In this document: piece by piece, positions 36,475-46,591 of the stretch
How the letters are laid out: every line of letters starts with the position of its first letter
Numbering within the stretch: position 1 is the stretch's first letter
From: Dehalococcoidia bacterium
GTDB lineage: Bacteria; Chloroflexota; Dehalococcoidia; DSTF01; JACRBR01
DNA: 64,000 nucleotides
Assembly: GCA_041494685.1 (NCBI GenBank)
Contig: JBGQBE010000010.1
Span: 1-64,000, forward strand
Direction of reading: 5' to 3'
Notes under the pieces: generated by a model
Database searches by the model: none
What the model saw: the letters and a program-made list of their open reading frames with translations, nothing else
What the model was told of the DNA's origin: nothing
Translations under genes and position numbers: made by a program

Positions 36475-37218
36475 GTGCAACCGGAGCGGCAGCCAGCACG
36501 GAAAGCGAGCATCGCCTTGAAGCGCCCTGACCTCTTCTCCCGCCGCCGCGCCCCGCTTGCGGCGGCGCTGTGCCTCGCCGGCGCCGCCGCGATTCTCGCG
36601 GCGTGCGGCTCCTCGTCGAAGGCGAGCACGAATCCGACGGCGACGCCCGGCGCGGCCGGTACCGCGCAGTCCGGCCGCACGCCCGGCCGCGGCTTCGGCA
36701 ACCGCACGCCGCCCCCCGCGATCCAGACCTCCATCGCGCAGGGCACGCCCTTTACCGGCGGCGGCTTGGCCGACCCGACGCGGCGCGCCGCGATCCAGAC
36801 ATCCATCGCGGAAGGCACGCCGTTCGCCGGCCGCACGCCCAGCGCCGACGAGCAGACCGCGGTCGCGGAAGGGACGCCGTTCCCGCGCGGCGGCTTCGGC
36901 GGGCCCGGTCGCGGGCGCACGCTGACGACGATCGCCGGCATCTTGAACATCCCCGAAGACCAACTCCGCACGGAGCTGGCGGCGCCGGGCGCGACGATCG
37001 CGAAGGTGGCGGCGGCGCACGGCGTAATCCGCACGCAGCTCGGTCAGCAGTTCATCGCCGCGACGAAGCAGGCGCTGGACGCGCAGGTGCAGAGCGGCGC
37101 GCTGACCCAGGACCAGGCCGACCAGGCGCTGGCGCAGATCCAGTCGAACATCGACAGCATCTTCGACAGCAACGGCGCACCGCCGGCCGCGTCCACGACG
37201 CCGGGCGCCGGCCAGTAG
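36475..37218 (+). CDS. Lipoprotein with three QT(S/A)(I/V)A(Q/E)GTPF repeats and helical C-terminal domain (start uncertain)
   Basis: Lipobox ILAAC; C-terminus resembles the product of 9548-10240 (IA.VA..HGV, G.LT..QAD). Confidence 0.75.
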   Translation: MQPERQPARKASIALKRPDLFSRRRAPLAAALCLAGAAAILAACGSSSKASTNPTATPGAAGTAQSGRTPGRGFGNRTPPPAIQTSIAQGTPFTGGGLADPTRRAAIQTSIAEGTPFAGRTPSADEQTAVAEGTPFPRGGFGGPGRGRTLTTIAGILNIPEDQLRTELAAPGATIAKVAAAHGVIRTQLGQQFIAATKQALDAQVQSGALTQDQADQALAQIQSNIDSIFDSNGAPPAASTTPGAGQ

Positions 37219-37248
37219 CCGCGTCGGCCCCGACAGCAGCCTCCCCTC

Positions 37249-37288
37249 GCAACGCCGCCCCTCCTCCGGGCGGCGTTGCTGTTCCTTC
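37249..37288 (+). terminator. Intrinsic terminator
   Basis: 12-bp stem GCAACGCCGCCC / GGGCGGCGTTGC followed by TGTTCCTT, between convergent genes. Confidence 0.75.
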
Positions 37289-37408
37289 ACTTCGCCAATC
37301 GGGAGGTCCGCAACCGTCGATTCATTGTCGTTATGTCGTTATAGCTTCGACTGCGCGCCCATCCAAACCGCCCGCAGCGGCGACAGGGCGCCGTGGCGGC
37401 GGTTGCCC

Positions 37409-38359
37409 TCAGAAGCTGATCGTTGTGCCTACGGCGGACTGGACGAAGGCGTCGGGCATGTCGCGGGCGATGGCGTACTGGGCCTTCCAGCCGCTGCAGT
37501 GGCCCGGCACGATGCGCTGGACGCCCGCCTCCGCCAGCGCGTGCACGGTCGGCCCGATGATCGGCTCGAAGAGGCCGCCGGTGAGGTGGAGGCCGCCGAT
37601 GAAGCCGGCGACGAGGTCCTGCCCGGTCAGCCGCTTCGCGCCGTAGACGACGTTCACGGCGCCGGCGTGCGAGCAGCCGGAGACGATGACAAGGCCACGA
37701 TCGCGCACGTTCACGATGACGTTCTGATCGTCCGGAATCAGCGGGTCCGGCACCCAGCCGGCGTCGGTGTGCCGCTGGTGGACCGCCATCCCCGTCTCGA
37801 ACTCCGTCACGCGCTCGACCTGGCCGGACACCAGGACGGCGCCGTCGATGAGCAGTGTCGGGCCGCGGTCCTCGATGACCTGCAGCCCCTCGCGCTCGAG
37901 ATCGCTCATGCTGGGCGGCGGCAGCAGGATCTCGGCGCCGGTCGGCAGCAGGACGCGGCGCTGCGCCCAGGCGTCGGGGTGGATGATCAGCGGCAGACGC
38001 TGTCGTCCGAAGCGCCGCACGAGGCCCTCGAGGCCGCCGTGGTGATCGAAGTGTCCATGCGAGATGACGATGGCGCGCAGGTCGGCCGGCCGCACGTCCA
38101 GCACGTCGAGGTTGCGGGCGATGCCTTCGGGCGTCAGTCCTGCGTCGTAGAGGATCGAGCTGGGCGCGCCGTCGCGATAGACGGTCACCAGCGCCGAGTA
38201 GCCGTGCTCCGCGAGCGGCTTGGCGCGGCTGGTCCAGTCACGAGCAAGGGCGAAGCGTCGCACGTCTTCGGCGCCCGCCATAAGGACGTCGAGGTAGTTG
38301 TCCATGAGGACCGTGACCTCGACGCGGTCAACGGGGACGAGATCGTGGGTGGCCGTCAT
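37409..38359 (-). CDS. MBL-fold metallo-hydrolase (MJ0448-like)
   Basis: AEHGYS, ISHGHFDHHGG, SGCSHAG, GGLHL, PGHCSG. Confidence 0.88.
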   Translation of the reverse strand: MTATHDLVPVDRVEVTVLMDNYLDVLMAGAEDVRRFALARDWTSRAKPLAEHGYSALVTVYRDGAPSSILYDAGLTPEGIARNLDVLDVRPADLRAIVISHGHFDHHGGLEGLVRRFGRQRLPLIIHPDAWAQRRVLLPTGAEILLPPPSMSDLEREGLQVIEDRGPTLLIDGAVLVSGQVERVTEFETGMAVHQRHTDAGWVPDPLIPDDQNVIVNVRDRGLVIVSGCSHAGAVNVVYGAKRLTGQDLVAGFIGGLHLTGGLFEPIIGPTVHALAEAGVQRIVPGHCSGWKAQYAIARDMPDAFVQSAVGTTISF

Positions 38360-38416
38360 GGCGGTACGATACGGCCCCGCCCGGCGCGTCCGCAACGGCG
38401 CCAGCCAGCGGGAGCG

Positions 38417-41400
38417 CTACGCGGCGTCTCGGTCAGTCTCGCGTCCCGCGACGAGCTGCGAGAGCAGCGCCTCCACGTCCTCGCTGTCGAGCGGCCGGGC
38501 GAAGTAGAAGCCCTGCCCCACTTCGCAGTCCATGGTCTTGAGCCGCGACAGCTGCTCGTTGCGCTCGATGCCCTCGGCGACGAGCTCGAGATCGAGCGTC
38601 TTGCCGAGCTCGATGATGGCGCGCGTCATCTCCTTCTGGCGCGTGACGGAGCCGACGTCGTCGATGAACGACTTGTCGATCTTCAGCAGGTCAAACGGGA
38701 ACTGCCGCAGGTAGCTGAGCGATGAGTAGCCGGTGCCGAAGTCGTCGATGGCAAGACGCACGCCCAGTGCCTTGAGGTCTTGCAGGCGGCCCATCATCAG
38801 CTTCACGTCGTGCATCATCACGCTCTCGGTGATCTCCAGGATCAGGCGGCGCGGGCTGAGGCCGGTGTCGCGCAGGATCTGCGCCACTTCGGCGACGAAG
38901 CCCGGATGCTGGAGTTGTCGTGCCGAGACGTTCACGCTCAGCGTCCAGTCGGAAGCCGCCGGGAACGCGTTCTCCCAGACGACGGCCTGGCGGCAGGCGC
39001 GCTCCATGACGCAGCGGCCGAGCCCCATGATGGCGCCGGACTCCTCGGCGAGCCCGATGAAGTCGTTGGGCTGGATAAGGCCGCGACGGGGGTGCTGCCA
39101 GCGCACGAGTGCCTCGACGCCGTAGAGGCGACCCGTCTGCAACTCGACCATCGGTTGGTAGTGCAGGATGAATTCGTCGCGCTCAACGGCGCGCTGCAGG
39201 TCGGCCAGCAGCTCGAGACGCTCCATCATCGAGTGCTGCATGGTCTCGTCGAAGACCTCGTAGCACGCCTTGCCGCGCGACTTCGCGACGTACATGGCGA
39301 CGTCGGCGTTACGCAGCAGCGAGTCGGCGTCGGCGCCCATGCCGTCGCCGCTGAGCGCGATGCCGACGCTGCAGCGCACCACGATCTCCTTGCCCTCCAG
39401 TTCGAACGGCGCATCCATCGCCGCGAAGATACGGTCCGTGACCATGGTGGCGTCCTCCCTGGACGCCACGTCTTCCAGCAGGACCGCGAACTCGTCGCCG
39501 CCGAGACGGGCGAGCGTGTCGCCGGGGCGCAGACAGCCTTGCACCCGTTCGGCCACTTGCGTCAGCAAGCAGTCGCCTGCGGAGTGGCCCAAGCTGTCGT
39601 TCACGGCCTTGAAGTTGTCGAGGTCGAGGAAGAGCACGCTGATCTGATGGCCGGTGCGAGCGGAGCGCAGCAGCGCGTGCTCCAGCCGGTCCGCGAAGCG
39701 CGTCCGATTGCCCAGGCGAGTCAGCGGGTCGTGCAGCGCCTGGTAGCGGAGCTGCTGCTCCAGTGCGTTGCGCTCGCTCACATCGCGGATGTTCAGCACG
39801 AAGCCGCCGATGGCGAGGTTGTCGCGCTGGTCGGTGCCGATGAACTCGACGTTGCGCCAGGACCCGTCGCGGTGGCGGACGCGCATCTCGGCCGTCGCGC
39901 GCGCGGCCGGGTTGCCCACGGCGTCGTGCAGGACGGCAAGCGTCCGCGCCACGTCGTCCGCATGGATCAGATCGGAAAGCCTCGTGCCGAGGATGTCTTC
40001 CGGTCGGTAGCCAAGGACCTGCGCCACGGACGGACTCTGGTACTTGATGGTCGTATCGGCCTCGATCACGGTGATCAGATCGGAGGCGTTCTGCACGAGT
40101 GAGCGGAAGCGCTCTTCGCTCTGCCGGACGGCGGCTTCCGCCTGCCAGCGCTCGGTGATGTCGTGGGCGTTGTGTACGACGCCTTGCACGGAGGGGACGT
40201 GCAGCAGGTTCGTCGCTGTCGTTTCGAAGTAGCGGTACGAGGCGTCGGCGTGCCGGACGCGGACGATCCACGTGGCGCGCACGCCGGGCGCGCTCCGCAC
40301 TTCCGCGGCGATGGCCGCCGTCTCCGTTACGTCCTCGGGATGCACGAAGAGCAGGATGTCGTGCCCGAGCCAGTGCTCCGGGTCGTAACCAAGCAGCCGC
40401 TGGACGGACGGGCTGGCGTACAGCAGCGTGCCGCCCTCGTCGACGATCGTGACGAGATCCGTGGCATTCTGGACAAGTGAGCGAAACCGCTCTTCGCTCC
40501 GTCGCACTTCCTCGCGCGAATCCTGCAGATCGCAATAGAGACGCAACCCGTGCATGACCGTCGCGGCCTGCGACACCGCAGCGCTGAGGAAGTCCACCTC
40601 GGCAGTGTCGAGGACATGCGAGGTGGACGAATTGAAGGTCACGTACCCGAGCGGTTTCTGCTGGAAGACGATCGGGAACATCGCCACGGAGAGGATGTGG
40701 GCACGCTGCCAGTAGCGCTGCAGCGAGGGTAGCCCGCTCCGGAGTAGCGCTACGTCGCCGCGATCCGCCAAGCCCTGCTCGAACACGTCCGGGAGCAGGA
40801 TGGGGCTGCCCGTCCTGGCCATCTGCAGCCCGAACTGCACATCCACGTCCGACGCGCTGCCTCGGCCCTGGAACTGCGCGGCGATCTGCGTGTCGGAGTG
40901 GCGCGCCAGGTTCATCACCCGGTCCGCCACGTCGTCGCAGGCATCGTTGTACTGGACGATGGTCACCCACTCGAACCCGGAAGCCTTCGCCAGCGCGGTG
41001 GCGAGGGCGGTCAGGACGTCTTCCGCCTCCTGCGCCTTGTTGAAGACGTCGGAGACGTTCGCCAGCGACTCAAGCTGTGTGCGCTGGCGCGCGCGCCGCT
41101 CGGCATCGAGCACGTTGCTGATCAGATGCCCGATGGCCGGGAGCGCAGCCTCGATGAACTGCACGTGTGACGGCGCCAGTCCCTGTGGCCAGGGCCCGTG
41201 CAGCACGAGCAGGTCGGAGTTGCTTTCATCACCGGGCAAGATGGCCACGACGTGCGTGGCGGCGCTCCCGCTATCGATGGGGCTGCCGCCCGAAACCAGG
41301 CGATCCTGCACGTCGAACGCGCCGGCGGTGGCCTGGGGGTTCGCGGCGAGTTGGCGCCAGACGATCCAGTAGCCCTTCTGCTTGATCTCGTAGGCGGACG

Positions 41401-41569
41401 GCTCGCAGTCGCAGCCCATGCGGATGAAGTCGGGGTCGCCCGCACGGATCACGTAGGCGTCAGCGGCACCGAGTGCATCGCGGACGAGCGCGCAGGCTTC
41501 CGCGACATCGCCGACAGCGGGATTCGGGCGCGTGCAGATCCGGGCCAGCGATTGCAGGGCGTCGAGCAT
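38417..41569 (-). CDS. GAF-PAS-PAS-GGDEF-EAL diguanylate cyclase/phosphodiesterase
   Basis: Two PAS repeats (RFRSLVQNA.D), HDPLT, RLGGDEF, EALVRW, DDFGTGYSS, KIDKSF. Confidence 0.95.
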   Translation of the reverse strand: MLDALQSLARICTRPNPAVGDVAEACALVRDALGAADAYVIRAGDPDFIRMGCDCEPSAYEIKQKGYWIVWRQLAANPQATAGAFDVQDRLVSGGSPIDSGSAATHVVAILPGDESNSDLLVLHGPWPQGLAPSHVQFIEAALPAIGHLISNVLDAERRARQRTQLESLANVSDVFNKAQEAEDVLTALATALAKASGFEWVTIVQYNDACDDVADRVMNLARHSDTQIAAQFQGRGSASDVDVQFGLQMARTGSPILLPDVFEQGLADRGDVALLRSGLPSLQRYWQRAHILSVAMFPIVFQQKPLGYVTFNSSTSHVLDTAEVDFLSAAVSQAATVMHGLRLYCDLQDSREEVRRSEERFRSLVQNATDLVTIVDEGGTLLYASPSVQRLLGYDPEHWLGHDILLFVHPEDVTETAAIAAEVRSAPGVRATWIVRVRHADASYRYFETTATNLLHVPSVQGVVHNAHDITERWQAEAAVRQSEERFRSLVQNASDLITVIEADTTIKYQSPSVAQVLGYRPEDILGTRLSDLIHADDVARTLAVLHDAVGNPAARATAEMRVRHRDGSWRNVEFIGTDQRDNLAIGGFVLNIRDVSERNALEQQLRYQALHDPLTRLGNRTRFADRLEHALLRSARTGHQISVLFLDLDNFKAVNDSLGHSAGDCLLTQVAERVQGCLRPGDTLARLGGDEFAVLLEDVASREDATMVTDRIFAAMDAPFELEGKEIVVRCSVGIALSGDGMGADADSLLRNADVAMYVAKSRGKACYEVFDETMQHSMMERLELLADLQRAVERDEFILHYQPMVELQTGRLYGVEALVRWQHPRRGLIQPNDFIGLAEESGAIMGLGRCVMERACRQAVVWENAFPAASDWTLSVNVSARQLQHPGFVAEVAQILRDTGLSPRRLILEITESVMMHDVKLMMGRLQDLKALGVRLAIDDFGTGYSSLSYLRQFPFDLLKIDKSFIDDVGSVTRQKEMTRAIIELGKTLDLELVAEGIERNEQLSRLKTMDCEVGQGFYFARPLDSEDVEALLSQLVAGRETDRDAA

Positions 41570-41769
41570 CGTCGTGTCGTTCGGCGGCGAGCGCAGTCCG
41601 CCGGACCCTCGGAAACAGGATCGGCACGGGCGAGAGCGGATTGAGAGGGTTTGGGACGTTCGTTAGAAGAACTTCGTCTCAGAACAAGTCAGCGTCGCCG
41701 GAAACGAAGCGCATCGATTGACTACGAATCTTGGAAGTTGCTCATGCGCTCCTCAGGGATACGCCTGTC

Positions 41770-43128
41770 CTACGCGGGTGCCTGCGGCCCGGGCGCCAAC
41801 ACCGCCTCCGTGCCGCCGTCCACGAACGGCTCGACCTCGTGGCCGCGGGCTCTCAGGAAGCTCGCCGCCATGGCCGCGCGCTCGCCGCTGGCACAGACGG
41901 CAATGACGGGCCCCGGCGGCAGGGACGGCTCCCACTCCGGCAGGCGGTCGACCGGGAGTTGTTCGGCGCCCGGCAGCGGCCGGGCAATGTGCTCGTACAC
42001 GAAGCGCACGTCGATCACGCGGGGGGCGCCATGGCGCAGCGCATCGCGCACAGTGGAAGCGGTGACGGCCACGAGGGACGCCGCCGGGCGGCCGGCAGCC
42101 AGCCAGTCCGTGAATGGCAGATATCCCCTCACGCCCTCGTATCCGATGCGGAAGAGGTCGACGGTGACGCGGTCCGCCTGGGCGGCGTCGTCCACCACGA
42201 GCGCCAGCGGGGCGTTGAACGGCAGCAGCCAACCGACGTAGGCCAGCATCGACCCGCCCTCTTCGATGAGCACAGAGCGGGGCACGTGACCACGCACGTA
42301 CGCCTCCCGGCGCCGCACGTCGACGAGCGGGATCTGTTGCGGGTCGAGCGCGGCGACGGCCTCGGTCGTGAGATGCGCCGGGCGCGGCGGTTCGCCGTAG
42401 ACGCGCGGACCTTCGCGGTTGATCGGCGCCATGTAGCGGTAGTAGCCGGGGATCGGCGCGGCCTGCGACAGATGGACCGCGCGAAACGCGTCGAGGCCGG
42501 CGCTGGCAAGAGCGGGGTTGACGGCCAATTCCTCCGCCAGCGTGGACATGCGCCGGCCGCCGACAGCGGTCGAACTGCAGAACGATCCGGCGCCGTGCGT
42601 CGGCATGATCTGTGACGTGGGCGCCAGCAGCGCCGCGATCCTCCGGGCGGACTGCCACTGCAGGCGCGTGAGCTCCTCGGCATCGCCGGGACCGAGCAGA
42701 TCGCTGCGCCCTGCCGAACCGACCAGCAGCGAGCCACCGGTGAACGCACCTTGCGTGGCGCCTTCTTCGTCGATCGCCAGGTAGGCGGTGTGCTCGTAGG
42801 TGTGCCCGGGCGCGGCGACCGCCTTGAGCCGGGCCGTGCCGACCGCGAACTCGTCGCCATCCGCGGCGGCGGTATGCGGCACGCGGAGATCGCTGCCCGC
42901 CGGCGCGACGATGGCGGCGCCCAGCGCGGCGAGTTCACGGCCGCCGGAGACGTAATCGTTGTGGACGTGGGTCTCGAAGACGTAGCGGATCTCCGCGCCG
43001 TGCTGGCGCGCGGCGGCGACGAACGGGCGCACATCGCGCTGCGGGTCAATCACCGCCGCGACCGCGCCGGAGATCACGACGTAGGATGCGTCGCCGAGGC
43101 TATCGGCTACGAACTGGATGATCTTCAT
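41770..43128 (-). CDS. MBL-fold persulfide dioxygenase-rhodanese fusion (CstB/Blh-like)
   Basis: IDPQRD, ETHVHNDYVSG, PGHT.EH, PTHGAGSFC, two rhodanese-like domains, CASGERA. Confidence 0.88.
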   Translation of the reverse strand: MKIIQFVADSLGDASYVVISGAVAAVIDPQRDVRPFVAAARQHGAEIRYVFETHVHNDYVSGGRELAALGAAIVAPAGSDLRVPHTAAADGDEFAVGTARLKAVAAPGHTYEHTAYLAIDEEGATQGAFTGGSLLVGSAGRSDLLGPGDAEELTRLQWQSARRIAALLAPTSQIMPTHGAGSFCSSTAVGGRRMSTLAEELAVNPALASAGLDAFRAVHLSQAAPIPGYYRYMAPINREGPRVYGEPPRPAHLTTEAVAALDPQQIPLVDVRRREAYVRGHVPRSVLIEEGGSMLAYVGWLLPFNAPLALVVDDAAQADRVTVDLFRIGYEGVRGYLPFTDWLAAGRPAASLVAVTASTVRDALRHGAPRVIDVRFVYEHIARPLPGAEQLPVDRLPEWEPSLPPGPVIAVCASGERAAMAASFLRARGHEVEPFVDGGTEAVLAPGPQAPA

Positions 43129-43145
43129 CGTCGCGTGCCTCCGTC

Positions 43146-43481
43146 TCAGCGCACCACAGGCAGGCCGTGCGCCGCCCAGACGCCGATACCACCCGCGACC
43201 GACCGCGCATCGAAGCCCTGCCCCCGCAAGTACCGCGCAGCGGAGCGGCTGCGGTTGCCGCTCCGGCAGATCAGCAGCAGCACCCGGTCGCGCGGGAGGT
43301 CCGCGGTGCGCTGCGGAAGCGTCGCCAGCGGAATGTGGCGCGTATCCGGCGTGTGCCCCTCGACCCATTCGGACGGCTCGCGCACATCGATCAGGATGGC
43401 GGTACCGGCGGTGAGCGCGGCGTGGGCGTCGGGCGGGCTGATGTTCAGATCGGGCGATGTGCGGGTGCCAAACAGCTTCAT
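43146..43481 (-). CDS. Single-domain rhodanese/sulfurtransferase
   Basis: IDVREPSEW..GH, CRSGNRS, GGI..W. Confidence 0.92.
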   Translation of the reverse strand: MKLFGTRTSPDLNISPPDAHAALTAGTAILIDVREPSEWVEGHTPDTRHIPLATLPQRTADLPRDRVLLLICRSGNRSRSAARYLRGQGFDARSVAGGIGVWAAHGLPVVR

Positions 43482-43517
43482 GTACGTACTTCCGGTTCGG
43501 TAAGGAATGGCGGATAC

Positions 43518-43808
43518 TCAGCCGGTGCGTGCCAGCAGGCTCATGACGCGCGTGATGCGCGCTTCGGCGCGGGCACCGTCGTCGTGCAGGCACTCGCCGA
43601 CGAACCCGGAGGCGATCTGCGCGGCGGCGCGGTCGAGCGCGGCTTTCACGGCGAGGACCTGGGTGAGCACGGCTTCGCAATCACGCTCGTCGCCGACCAT
43701 GCGGGCGATGCCGCGCACCTGACCCTCGATCTTGTTGAGGCGCTCGACGATCTGGCGGCGCTGATCCGTCACGTCTGGCCGGGGTGCGGCGGTACGGGCT
43801 CTGGACAT
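43518..43808 (-). CDS. CsoR/RcnR-family repressor, CstR-like
   Basis: RLNKIEGQVRGI.RMV...RDC...Q..AV..AL...FVGECL; two Cys kept, Cu-ligand His absent. Confidence 0.88.
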   Translation of the reverse strand: MSRARTAAPRPDVTDQRRQIVERLNKIEGQVRGIARMVGDERDCEAVLTQVLAVKAALDRAAAQIASGFVGECLHDDGARAEARITRVMSLLARTG

Positions 43809-43838
43809 GCGATTCCTCCGAGTGTGCCACATCCTACT

Positions 43839-43855
43839 ATACCCCGGATGGGTAT
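43839..43855. promoter_or_regulatory. CsoR-family operator
   Basis: ATACCC-CGGAT-GGGTAT inverted repeat overlapping the putative promoter 30 bp upstream of the repressor. Confidence 0.75.
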
Positions 43856-43904
43856 CGCAAGCGGCGAGCCCGCGATGGCCGCGTTATGCGGCCGGAAGCG
43901 GACG

Positions 43905-44987
43905 CTACGGGCGCGCCTCGTAGTAGGCGTTGATGGGGTGCTTCAGATCCAGGCGGCGGAACCGGGTGCAGCCGGCACGCGCCACGAGCTCGCGCATGGC
44001 GGGCTCCGGCAGGCCGAGCGTGCCCAGGCCGGCGCCGCCCGGCTCGGACAGCGCGGACGACATGCAGGACAGGACCGAGAGCGCGTACAGGGTGGGCGAC
44101 AACGGATTCCTCGCGAGGTTCTCCTCGAAGGTCGCCTGCCCGTTGATGTCGACGATGAACCAGGCGCCATCGGGCTTCAGCGCGGCGTAGACGGCGTGGG
44201 CGGCCGAGTCCGGATCCGTCATGTCGTGCAGGCAGTCGAATGTGGTGATCAGGTCGAAGCTGTGGTCTGTGGGGAGAGGATCGGTCCGTGCCTGGTGGAA
44301 GGTGACGTTGGCGACGCCGGCCGCGGCACGGTTCGCGCCGGCGCGTTCCAGGGCGTGGGTGGAGACTTCGTAGCCGTGGAACTCCGCACGGGGGTAGGCC
44401 TTCGCCATCTCGATGAGCGCGATGCCGGCGCCACAGCCCACATCGGCGACCTTCCCGCCTGCCTCAAGCCGCGGGACGACGCCTTCGAGCATCGGTAGCG
44501 CGACCGGAACGAGCACCTGCCGGTACCAGTTCCCGAACATCAGCTCCGTGGCAGCCGGCGCATCGGGGCCGCGGTCGTCCCAGCTCAGTCCGCGCCCGGT
44601 CCGGAAGGCGTCCGGGAGCCGCTCGACGATGCCGATGCGCTGGGGCAGCGGGAGGAAGCTGGCACCCATATACAACAGGCTATCGGCATCGACGAGGAGC
44701 GGGCCGGTTTCGGGCGCCAGCTCGAACCGGCCGTGGCCGTCGTATTCGACGATCCGGGCAGCCGCCTGCCCGCGCAGCCACTCGCGCACCCAGCGCTCGT
44801 GGAGACCGCTGGCGTTCGCGAGTTCCTCGCTGGTGGCGGGGCCGGCCTCGGCCAGCACGCGGTACAGCCCGAGCCGCATGCCAAGCGAGATCATGGCGGC
44901 GACGACCGCACCCATAGCGATGCCGCCCAGCAGCGCCTGCTTCTGTTGCAGCTTCTCCGGATCGGGACGAGCGGTCGAATCGGGCAT
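43905..44987 (-). CDS. SAM-dependent methyltransferase with N-terminal winged helix (Rv2258c-like)
   Basis: LG.RLGLY, ERWVREWL, VADVGCGAG, FDCLHDM.DP, GLGTLG. Confidence 0.9.
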   Translation of the reverse strand: MPDSTARPDPEKLQQKQALLGGIAMGAVVAAMISLGMRLGLYRVLAEAGPATSEELANASGLHERWVREWLRGQAAARIVEYDGHGRFELAPETGPLLVDADSLLYMGASFLPLPQRIGIVERLPDAFRTGRGLSWDDRGPDAPAATELMFGNWYRQVLVPVALPMLEGVVPRLEAGGKVADVGCGAGIALIEMAKAYPRAEFHGYEVSTHALERAGANRAAAGVANVTFHQARTDPLPTDHSFDLITTFDCLHDMTDPDSAAHAVYAALKPDGAWFIVDINGQATFEENLARNPLSPTLYALSVLSCMSSALSEPGGAGLGTLGLPEPAMRELVARAGCTRFRRLDLKHPINAYYEARP

Positions 44988-45192
44988 GTGGCACCTTCCA
45001 GAGGATCTCGAGAGCAGGACGGTGACTGGATAGTACCGTCGCCGCCGGCGACGAACCACGATAGGCCATTGGCCCGACGGTATGGGGGCGATCCCCTATG
45101 GCTGCGGCACGGCGCGGGCAGGGAGAATCGAACATCCGCGGGGGAACAGCGCGAAGCGGGGCCAGCCCCGGTTTGCAGATCGGACGGTTCGC

Positions 45193-46560
45193 ATGGACGC
45201 GACTCAATACATCGCTATGGCACGCCGCTGGTGGTGGCTGCTAATCGTTGGGACGCTGATGGCTGTAGGGACGTACGGCGTCGCCGTACAGATCCGCGAC
45301 GGCCGCCAGGCGGCGCCTGCTCCGCCCCCGTACAGGGCGTCGGCGACCTTCTTTGTCGACGCGCCCGCGCTGACGTCGAACATCGACCGGCTGACGCAAT
45401 CGTACGGGGCGATCATCTCGGGCCGCGGCGTCGCGGAGCGGATGGTAAACAACCTGGGGCTGCAGATCGCGCCGGAGGCGGTGCAGAGCCGCATCGAAGT
45501 AGTGACGCCGCCCGGATCGCAGCTGATCAAGGTCACGACCAGCGGCGCCACGCCCACCGACGCCCAGCGGCTGATCGACGGTGTGGCGCAAGCATTCCTC
45601 GCGCTGCGCCAGGAAGGGAACCTTCCCGGAACGGTGACCATGGTCGAAGTCAACCGCGCGCAGCAGTTGGCGAGCGTTCCCGCGCAGAACAAACTGCCGA
45701 CTGCCATGCTTGTCGCCGTCCTGGGGATGATCGGTGCGGCGGCGATCGTCGTCGCATTCGAGTACATGACCGACGCCGTGCGTGACCGCGCGGAAGCGGA
45801 GCGGGTCTCAGGCGTGCCGTCACTGGGGAGCATCCCTGTCTGGAACATCGGCGGCAGCGCGAAGCGCGCGCTGGCGGTGGCGGATGGGAGCACATCGCCT
45901 GTCGCGGAGCGCTACCGCATGCTACGCACGGCGATCGGCCTCGCGACGCGGGAGGCGCCGGCGCAGGCGATCCTGGTCGCCGGCGGCGCGCGCGGCACTG
46001 GCACATCGACGACCGCGGCGAACATGGCCGCCGCGCTGGCCCAGTCGGGCCGCCGCGTGGCAATCCTCGACGCCAACATGCGGATGCCCTCACTGCATCG
46101 GATCTTCGGCATCGCTGCGGGCGATGGCCTGTCGGAGGCACTGACGAATGACAACGTGACGCTCGACGGCATCATCCGCCCCACGCGGATCGACGGCGTG
46201 ATGCTCATACCGGCGGGCGCCGCCGCGGCGCAGGCGGCGGATCTGCTGGTCTCACCGCGGTTCGACGCGATCATGCGCGCGCTGCGCGAGCGCTTCGACG
46301 CGATCGTCGTCGACTGTCCGCCGGTGCTGCAGGTGACGGACGCGACAGTGCTGGCGGCGAAGTGCGACGCGACGATCCTGGTGGCGCGTGGCGACCACAC
46401 GCGGCGCAGCGAACTGGCAGCCACAGTGGAGCTGCTGCGGCCGGCGACCAAGCGCGTGCTGGGCGTTGTGTTGAACGGTGACGCCAACGTGCCGGGCGGC
46501 GGATTCTTCGGGTTCCGCGTTCCGGCGACGCGCAGGCAGCGCGCCGGGGCACGCGCCTGA
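45193..46560 (+). CDS. Polysaccharide co-polymerase fused to a degenerate BY-kinase (CpsD/CapB-like) domain
   Basis: RRWWWLL + TM, second TM, AERYRMLRT, GTGTSTT, DANMRMP, VVDCPP, GVVLN. Confidence 0.85.
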   Translation: MDATQYIAMARRWWWLLIVGTLMAVGTYGVAVQIRDGRQAAPAPPPYRASATFFVDAPALTSNIDRLTQSYGAIISGRGVAERMVNNLGLQIAPEAVQSRIEVVTPPGSQLIKVTTSGATPTDAQRLIDGVAQAFLALRQEGNLPGTVTMVEVNRAQQLASVPAQNKLPTAMLVAVLGMIGAAAIVVAFEYMTDAVRDRAEAERVSGVPSLGSIPVWNIGGSAKRALAVADGSTSPVAERYRMLRTAIGLATREAPAQAILVAGGARGTGTSTTAANMAAALAQSGRRVAILDANMRMPSLHRIFGIAAGDGLSEALTNDNVTLDGIIRPTRIDGVMLIPAGAAAAQAADLLVSPRFDAIMRALRERFDAIVVDCPPVLQVTDATVLAAKCDATILVARGDHTRRSELAATVELLRPATKRVLGVVLNGDANVPGGGFFGFRVPATRRQRAGARA

Positions 46561-46591
46561 TGCGCCGGACCAGCGCGGGACCCACGACGCA

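Noticed and set aside
38417..41569. Functional link between the GGDEF-EAL gene and the Tad pilus
   Set aside because: 18 kb apart with unrelated operons between; no sequence evidence.
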